Below are positions 26,642 to 32,000 of a DNA stretch of 32,000 nt, in pieces; position 1 is the first letter of the stretch, and each line of letters begins with the position of its first letter. Source of the stretch: Candidatus Hermodarchaeota archaeon (lineage in GTDB: Archaea > Asgardarchaeota > Heimdallarchaeia > Hodarchaeales > Hodarchaeaceae). The stretch covers positions 180,001 to 212,000 of the forward strand of contig JBHLKY010000007.1 in the NCBI GenBank assembly GCA_048886185.1, in the 5' to 3' direction. The position numbers were made by a program, and so were the translations under genes. The notes beneath the pieces were generated by a model that was not told the DNA's origin, did not search any database, and was given only the letters and a program-made list of their open reading frames with translations.

Positions 26642-27499
26642 TCATATTAGTGCATCAAACACAGTTGTAGGTCGTCCAGTGTGACTTCTCTTCTCTTTAT
26701 ATTCAACTACAAATCCTTTCGCTATCAATCGTTGTAAGCTATCATAGATTGAGCTACGTGCAATGCCTGTTAATTGAACCATTTCAGGACGAGTAAGCGG
26801 GCCATAAGCGACTAAAATCTGAAATATATCCTGATCTAAGTCTTTTGTTATTTTTAGTTGTTCTTGGGCTTGTGAAACTTTTTGTTTAGTTGATGTTAAA
26901 TTAAATAACAGAACTTTAAGAATAAGAGAATCAGGACCAATTCCTAGCGATGCTAATTCTTGCAGAGATTGCCTTTTAATCATGGTTATAATATCTAGCA
27001 TAGGTGTTGTTTCAGGTAATTTAAAGAATTGACGTAGGGTATTTATTTCAATATAAAGCTGATATAATCGTTTAAAATCAATCTTTATTTCCTGTATTGC
27101 ATCCTCTGTAAGCTTTTTTGCTTCTTTTTCCTTAGTTCCTAAGCGTGATATCGAATCAGAGGCGTATTTCAGTTTTTCACTGGCATTCTTTAGATTTTTT
27201 TCTTTGATATCCGATATTGCGTCGTCGATGATTTTTTTGATGTCTTCCTCGTCCGCAGCAAAGGAAAGATTTACAACATTTTGAATCTCTATTAATTTTT
27301 GAAGGAAATAATAGTGCTGCTTAATGGGGTATAAGGAGGGAAGTCCTAAATCTTCCTGCATTTTTTGAAGAGATTTCCATGTTGTAAGAACATTTTCTTC
27401 AGAATCCATACCTTTTAAGCTTAACAGGTTTTTTAGTTCTTCCAGTTCTTTATCAGACGATTCATCAGATTCTGATGATACGATTATGTTACTGGGCAT
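26642..27499 (-). CDS. Helical/coiled-coil N-terminal domain fused to a C-terminal TrmB-like wHTH
   Basis: C-terminus GPLTRPEMVQLTGIARSSIYDSLQRLIAKGFV..GRPTTVF; K/E/L-rich helical N-terminus. Confidence 0.8.
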   Translation of the reverse strand: MPSNIIVSSESDESSDKELEELKNLLSLKGMDSEENVLTTWKSLQKMQEDLGLPSLYPIKQHYYFLQKLIEIQNVVNLSFAADEEDIKKIIDDAISDIKEKNLKNASEKLKYASDSISRLGTKEKEAKKLTEDAIQEIKIDFKRLYQLYIEINTLRQFFKLPETTPMLDIITMIKRQSLQELASLGIGPDSLILKVLLFNLTSTKQKVSQAQEQLKITKDLDQDIFQILVAYGPLTRPEMVQLTGIARSSIYDSLQRLIAKGFVVEYKEKRSHTGRPTTVFDALI

Positions 27500-28226
27500 G
27501 ATTTCGCATCTACTTCAGATTTAGGCCATATTATCTTCTCAAAATAATGCAACAGGACTTTCAAGGAATGGTATAGAAATGACTATAATAAAATTTTCTT
27601 TTTAAAAGGTTGTCTTTACCCAAAATTAATAGGGTATCAAACTGTTGTTTCATTGATTGCAAAATATGAAAATTTAAAAAAAGCAATAAAGAAACGACAG
27701 CTCTACTTGTAAATGAAAAATTGTGAAAAATGTAATCCAAACCAAATTACTGAGTGAAAAGGGATGGAAAAAGGAAATAATAGGCTAGTAGTTCCCCTTA
27801 TTTATATAGAGTGATTTCTATCTTCCACTAATGTAATTAGGTAGGGAAGTTTTGTTTTTTCTGTTTTTAGCCTCATAATCGATCCTTTGGTTTAGTTCGT
27901 GCACTTTGTGTTTAAGGTTTTACCTTTACGATGATTATATTATTTTTCTCACCCGGCTTAGTCTTATTTTTTTTGTTACAGTGATGGGGTGTGTTTCACT
28001 GTTTTTCTTTTTTGAGGTTGTAAGGAAAATGAAGAAATAGAAGTAGCAACTAAACTAATTCTTATGTTACAGATCTACAATAATCTACGTTTAACGCAAA
28101 AAAAAGTTCACATATGTCGTTCCAATCTCTTTTTACTACTTTAAAATGGAAAAAATAAATCTATAGAACATCCATTAAAAGTATTTAGTGTGTACTCAAA
28201 ATATTAAATGAAAAAAGGTTAAAATT

Positions 28227-29129
28227 ATGTTTGAAATAATTGATGGTTTTAAAAAGGGATTTGAAACCTGGAAACTAGTTTGGGTTAGACAAATATTTGT
28301 CCAGATGATTCTAGGTTTTTTAGCATTTTTTATAATTACACCTTTTGGTTTTTTAATAGCAATATTTGGTGCAAATGAAAGTTTTAGCTTGACTGTAGAG
28401 AAAGGTACCTTCATAATCCCTGTTTTTATCGAGCTGCTGATGGAGAATATAGGCTTTTGGGTCTCAGTTTTCTCAACATTCTTTGTATTAATAATTATTG
28501 CAACAATTATAATTGGTATAATTCAAAATACAGCTCACCAAAGAACAGAAAAAGACGATGTTAGGTTTGAAGATAATTTTAAGGAAATTATCCCATTAAT
28601 CGTCCCATTAGCGATTGTTGCTTTCGTGATGATCATTGTCATCGGAATTCCATTACTAATTACTAGTGAGATTTATCACTTACTTGATGATCCTAATGCA
28701 CCTATAGTATATAGTTTTCCATTATTTGATTCAAGTGTGGATCTTACTCTTTTAGATATCATTGCTGAATTAGCATTTCTTGTTTTAATCATTCTATTAA
28801 TTGGTCCTTACTTTCTTGCAATTAGTAAAGTTGTCATAGATAAAGCAGGAATAAACAGTATAGTTGGAAGCTGGAAATTATACTTTCAGAAATTCATTAC
28901 TGTTATAATTGCAATGATTCTTGTTTTAATTATTGGTTTAATTTCCTTTGTTGTTATTCTCTTACCTGTAAACGGTATTGTTGTAGCAGGTAACACAACA
29001 CCAACAGATCTACCATTACTTTTTTCTAGTATCTTCTTGATGATGATATTAGGTGTTGTAATACTATTTATTGTCACCAACTGGCTTGTTACATCGTTAT
29101 ACTGTTTTTACAAGGAACTTACAGAATAA
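28227..29129 (+). CDS. Polytopic membrane protein of unknown function
   Basis: 300 aa, about 6 hydrophobic segments, no recognisable catalytic motif. Confidence 0.7.
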   Translation: MFEIIDGFKKGFETWKLVWVRQIFVQMILGFLAFFIITPFGFLIAIFGANESFSLTVEKGTFIIPVFIELLMENIGFWVSVFSTFFVLIIIATIIIGIIQNTAHQRTEKDDVRFEDNFKEIIPLIVPLAIVAFVMIIVIGIPLLITSEIYHLLDDPNAPIVYSFPLFDSSVDLTLLDIIAELAFLVLIILLIGPYFLAISKVVIDKAGINSIVGSWKLYFQKFITVIIAMILVLIIGLISFVVILLPVNGIVVAGNTTPTDLPLLFSSIFLMMILGVVILFIVTNWLVTSLYCFYKELTE

Positions 29130-29588
29130 CTACCGCGAATGAAGAGTAACAACTGAATATTAAATGTAACTGAAGTAAGATACAATAGGGAGCCATCTTA
29201 ACTTCCACGTGGGAGTATACCATCATAAGGAAAGGTTGGATAAATGGTTATCCCATATTTTCTTCTTAAGATGAAATATAATGGTGCAATTAATTTTATT
29301 TTTGTTTCATGTATTCATTAATAAAAATAACTTCATATCTCCCCGAATACATTTCAGTGACTATTTTACATCCTTTATATTAAAAAACAAAGCTTCATAA
29401 CTGCTAGTGTCCTTATTCAGTTGGCCCTAAATTACTTAAGCTAAGAAGAAATAATAAATTAATAAATTATTGAATAGAGTTACATTTCTTAAGAAGAATC
29501 CCAGACAATTATAGGGAATTTGAATCAAACAAAAAAAATATGTTCATTTTCTTTTATTAATCTAGATTGAAATCAGGTGTTGATATAT

Positions 29589-30623
29589 TTGAGGTATTTG
29601 AAACTTCCCAACCAGAATGTCTATACTTTTCTTGAAAAATTAAGATCCCACGGTGAATTTTTCGGGCCAATTAAAATCTCTGAAAAATTCTATGATTTTA
29701 GAGAAGTTGAAGATGTTAGTTCAGTCGAATTACACTACAATCGAACAATCACACCTCCACGAAAATACTTTCATCCACCACAAGAAAAAATGTTCTTCTT
29801 TAATAGAGAGAATGTTGAATTGCAAGATATTTTTCAACCTACAACTAAGAAAATAGTTTTGTTTGGTCTTCATCACTGTGATATTGTTGGATTACGGATA
29901 ATAGACACTAGGTTCATTGATGATCAACCTGATCCATATTATCTTCAACGTCGAAAAAATGGAATTATTATTGGATTATCCTGCTTACCTGATGAATACT
30001 GTTTCTGTAATGTACGAAGAGTGGATTTTGTAGATATTGGATTCGATCTTTTTCTCCACGAAGTTCCAGACGGCTTTCTTTTAAGAGTCGGGTCTGTACG
30101 TGGACATAAAATTGTTGATCCAATTGAAGAGTTGTTTCAAAAAGTTTCAAAAAGTGACGTCGTGAATTTAACACTTTTTGAGCAGAAAAGGGAATCTCTT
30201 TTCACTTTAAAGGGCAATTGGGACAATCTAAGATACTTGCTCGAATTGAAGGCAGACCATTCCTTATGGTCCAGAGAAAGTGAGTCCTGTGTTGGATGTG
30301 GAAATTGCACCCTTGTATGCCCAACCTGTCGCTGTTACGATGTAAAAGACATTCCAAGTTTAGATGGAAAAACAGGTGAGAGAATAAGATTTTGGGATAG
30401 TTGTCAATATAGATCACACGGATTAGTAGCAGGGAACCATAATTTTCGGGAGACAAAAATAGATCGTTTTGAAAATCGTTATATGTGTAAAAACGCGTAT
30501 TGTAAGGAACTCACAACTGCCTATTGTGTGGGGTGTGGTCGTTGCACATTTTTTTGTCCCACGGGGATTAACTATAAGGAGAATTTAGTTGAAATTAGAT
30601 CGTCTATTGAGGATGTACATTAA
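29589..30623 (+). CDS. hydB: Group 3b [NiFe] sulfhydrogenase beta subunit (4Fe-4S dicluster)
   Basis: CVGCGNCTLVCPTC and CVGCGRCTFFCP, WDSC, SHGLVAGNHNFR; TTG 29589 (MRYLKLP) 9 nt after GGTG preferred to GTG 29577. Confidence 0.9.
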   Translation: MRYLKLPNQNVYTFLEKLRSHGEFFGPIKISEKFYDFREVEDVSSVELHYNRTITPPRKYFHPPQEKMFFFNRENVELQDIFQPTTKKIVLFGLHHCDIVGLRIIDTRFIDDQPDPYYLQRRKNGIIIGLSCLPDEYCFCNVRRVDFVDIGFDLFLHEVPDGFLLRVGSVRGHKIVDPIEELFQKVSKSDVVNLTLFEQKRESLFTLKGNWDNLRYLLELKADHSLWSRESESCVGCGNCTLVCPTCRCYDVKDIPSLDGKTGERIRFWDSCQYRSHGLVAGNHNFRETKIDRFENRYMCKNAYCKELTTAYCVGCGRCTFFCPTGINYKENLVEIRSSIEDVH

Positions 30624-30625
30624 AG

Positions 30626-31486
30626 ATGACTCAAATCTTAAAAAATCCATACCAAACCTACAAGTCACGGTTATTACGTGTCTATAATCTTACAGAACAT
30701 GAAAAACTCTTTCTCTTTAGATTCGAGGATGAAAAAATTGTACTAGATTTTCATTTTTTACCTGGTCAGTTTGTTGAATTTTCCTTACCAGGATTAGGTG
30801 AAGTTCCGATTTCAATCTGTTCGTCACCAATGAGAGTTGGATTCTTTGAGTTGTGCATTCGTAAAACTGGTAGAGTCACTGAAAAAATACACGAATTAAA
30901 GCCAGGAAATCTAATTGGTATTCGTGGACCCTATGGAAATGGATTCCCAATGGAACAATTCTGGGATCGAGACTTATTACTTGTGGCTGCTGGTCTTGGC
31001 ATGGCTCCTCTGCGGTCAATTTTCCTTTATGCGATTGATAATAGGTGGAAATTCGGTAATATCACAATTATTAACTCCGCAAAACTAGGGAAAGACTTAC
31101 TTTTTAAGAAAGAACTTGTGGCAATGAGGGACATTGCGGAAGCTGAACAAATACAGATAATTCAAACAACAACCAGGGATGATTCTTGGACTGGTTTAAA
31201 AGGTCGTGCGTCTGAACATTTGGAAGGAGTGAATATTAATCCTAAAATATGTTCAGTGGCATTATGTGGGCCACCAAAAATGTACAAATCAATGTTTGAA
31301 AAAATGATTGAACTTGGATATAATCCTAGGCGTATTTTTGTGACTCTTGAACGAAAGATGAAGTGTGGGACAGGGAAATGCGGACATTGTAACATCGGTA
31401 ATGCTACATCATGGAAATATATTTGCAAAAATGGCCCAGTGTTTGATTATTATGACATAATTTCAACCCCGGGGTTGTTAACATGA
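30626..31486 (+). CDS. hydG: Sulfhydrogenase gamma subunit (FAD/NAD(P)-binding, 2Fe-2S)
   Basis: PGQFV, GEVPISICS, RGPYGNGFP, VAAGLGMAPLRS, CGPP, ERKMKCGTGKCGHC..CKNGPVF. Confidence 0.92.
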   Translation: MTQILKNPYQTYKSRLLRVYNLTEHEKLFLFRFEDEKIVLDFHFLPGQFVEFSLPGLGEVPISICSSPMRVGFFELCIRKTGRVTEKIHELKPGNLIGIRGPYGNGFPMEQFWDRDLLLVAAGLGMAPLRSIFLYAIDNRWKFGNITIINSAKLGKDLLFKKELVAMRDIAEAEQIQIIQTTTRDDSWTGLKGRASEHLEGVNINPKICSVALCGPPKMYKSMFEKMIELGYNPRRIFVTLERKMKCGTGKCGHCNIGNATSWKYICKNGPVFDYYDIISTPGLLT

Positions 31487-32000
31487 AGATTTCTCAAGAT
31501 ACACAAGTAAAACTGAAGTTTGGGATTTATTCTCTTACTTCATGTTATGGTTGTCAATTAAAGATCGCGACACTTTCACGAATACTTGATGTTGTTAATT
31601 CAGTTGATGTTAGATGTTTCTATATGTTGAACTCTGATAGTTCTATCAATGAATCGGTGGATATTGCGGTCGTTGAGGGATCAGTAAGTACAGAAAAAGA
31701 TCTGGTAGAATTAAAGGAAATTAGAAGTAATACAACAAGATTGATAGCAGTTGGCGCTTGTGCAATAAATGGGGGAGTTCAAAGTTGGGTGCATAATGAA
31801 AAATCTTATGCAGATTTATATAACTGTGTCTATGGGGAAGCTCGGATCAAATATCAAGGATTAAAAGCCCATCCTATCGATAACTATGTAAAAGTGGATT
31901 TCTATTTACCAGGATGCCCTCCAGAAGAAGGAGAAATTATGTATTACCTTAGTACTTTTCTTTTCGGTACATGGCCAGAAACAAAGGATTATCCAGTATG
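31483..32000 (+). CDS. hydD: Sulfhydrogenase delta ([NiFe] small) subunit, truncated by the window end
   Basis: ATGA overlap with hydG; LTSCYGCQL, VEGSVST, AVGACAINGG, PGCPP, DYPVC; frame open to the end; missing from the ORF track. Confidence 0.9.
   Translation, partial: MKISQDTQVKLKFGIYSLTSCYGCQLKIATLSRILDVVNSVDVRCFYMLNSDSSINESVDIAVVEGSVSTEKDLVELKEIRSNTTRLIAVGACAINGGVQSWVHNEKSYADLYNCVYGEARIKYQGLKAHPIDNYVKVDFYLPGCPPEEGEIMYYLSTFLFGTWPETKDYPV

Noticed and set aside
27500-28226. Hydrophobic open stretch near 27900-28050 as a small membrane gene
   Set aside because: No convincing start or RBS; explained by T-rich low-complexity sequence
29202-29215. Near-palindrome cttccacgtgggag upstream of the hydrogenase operon
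   Set aside because: Single 14-bp imperfect copy about 370 nt from the start; no SurR-type GTTn3AAC site recognised; insufficient support
375-31428. Short antisense or overlapping track ORFs (e.g. 375..650, 1824..2105, 8535..8753, 17273..17554, 18763..19281, 29968..30456, 31162..31428)
   Set aside because: Each lies within a well-supported gene in another frame or strand and lacks motifs and RBS
1-32000. CRISPR array, IS element, tRNA or rRNA
   Set aside because: No regularly spaced repeats, transposase/integrase motifs or GC-rich structured RNA segments were seen by eye; a covariance-model search was not possible

Overview
AT-rich archaeal-looking chromosomal window. Asgard/Heimdallarchaeia-like origin is inferred from GGTGA-type ribosome-binding sites, GTG/TTG starts, paralogous winged-helix regulators, MFS paralogs and C-terminally anchored surface proteins; it is not proven. 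Left half: two paralogous wHTH-regulator/MFS divergons, each with its own palindromic operator array, plus aldo-keto reductase, DUF362, flavin reductase, SAM methyltransferase, SagB-like nitroreductase, D-aminoacylase-like amidohydrolase, a duplicated unknown protein, unannotated membrane micro-ORFs and an acyltransferase-3 pseudogene. Middle: a LuxR-like HTH gene leading three tandem bacterial-PH-domain (bPH_2/YdbS-like) membrane proteins and an ABC-2 exporter; then a translationally coupled pair of a 589-aa cobalamin-binding enzyme of unknown reaction and a divergent ProC-like reductase. Right: a secreted beta-propeller-like protein, an unannotated DUF1059-like Zn-finger micro-protein, a kinase with PI3K/PI4K-type DRHxxN/IDFG motifs, a coiled-coil-wHTH regulator, a membrane protein, and the start of a group 3b [NiFe] sulfhydrogenase operon (beta, gamma, partial delta). 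No rRNA, tRNA, CRISPR array or transposase was recognised. The best candidates for undescribed biology are the B12 enzyme + ProC-like pair, the PI3K-like kinase and the triple-PH/ABC operon. All family assignments come from motif recognition and recalled consensus; no searches were run.
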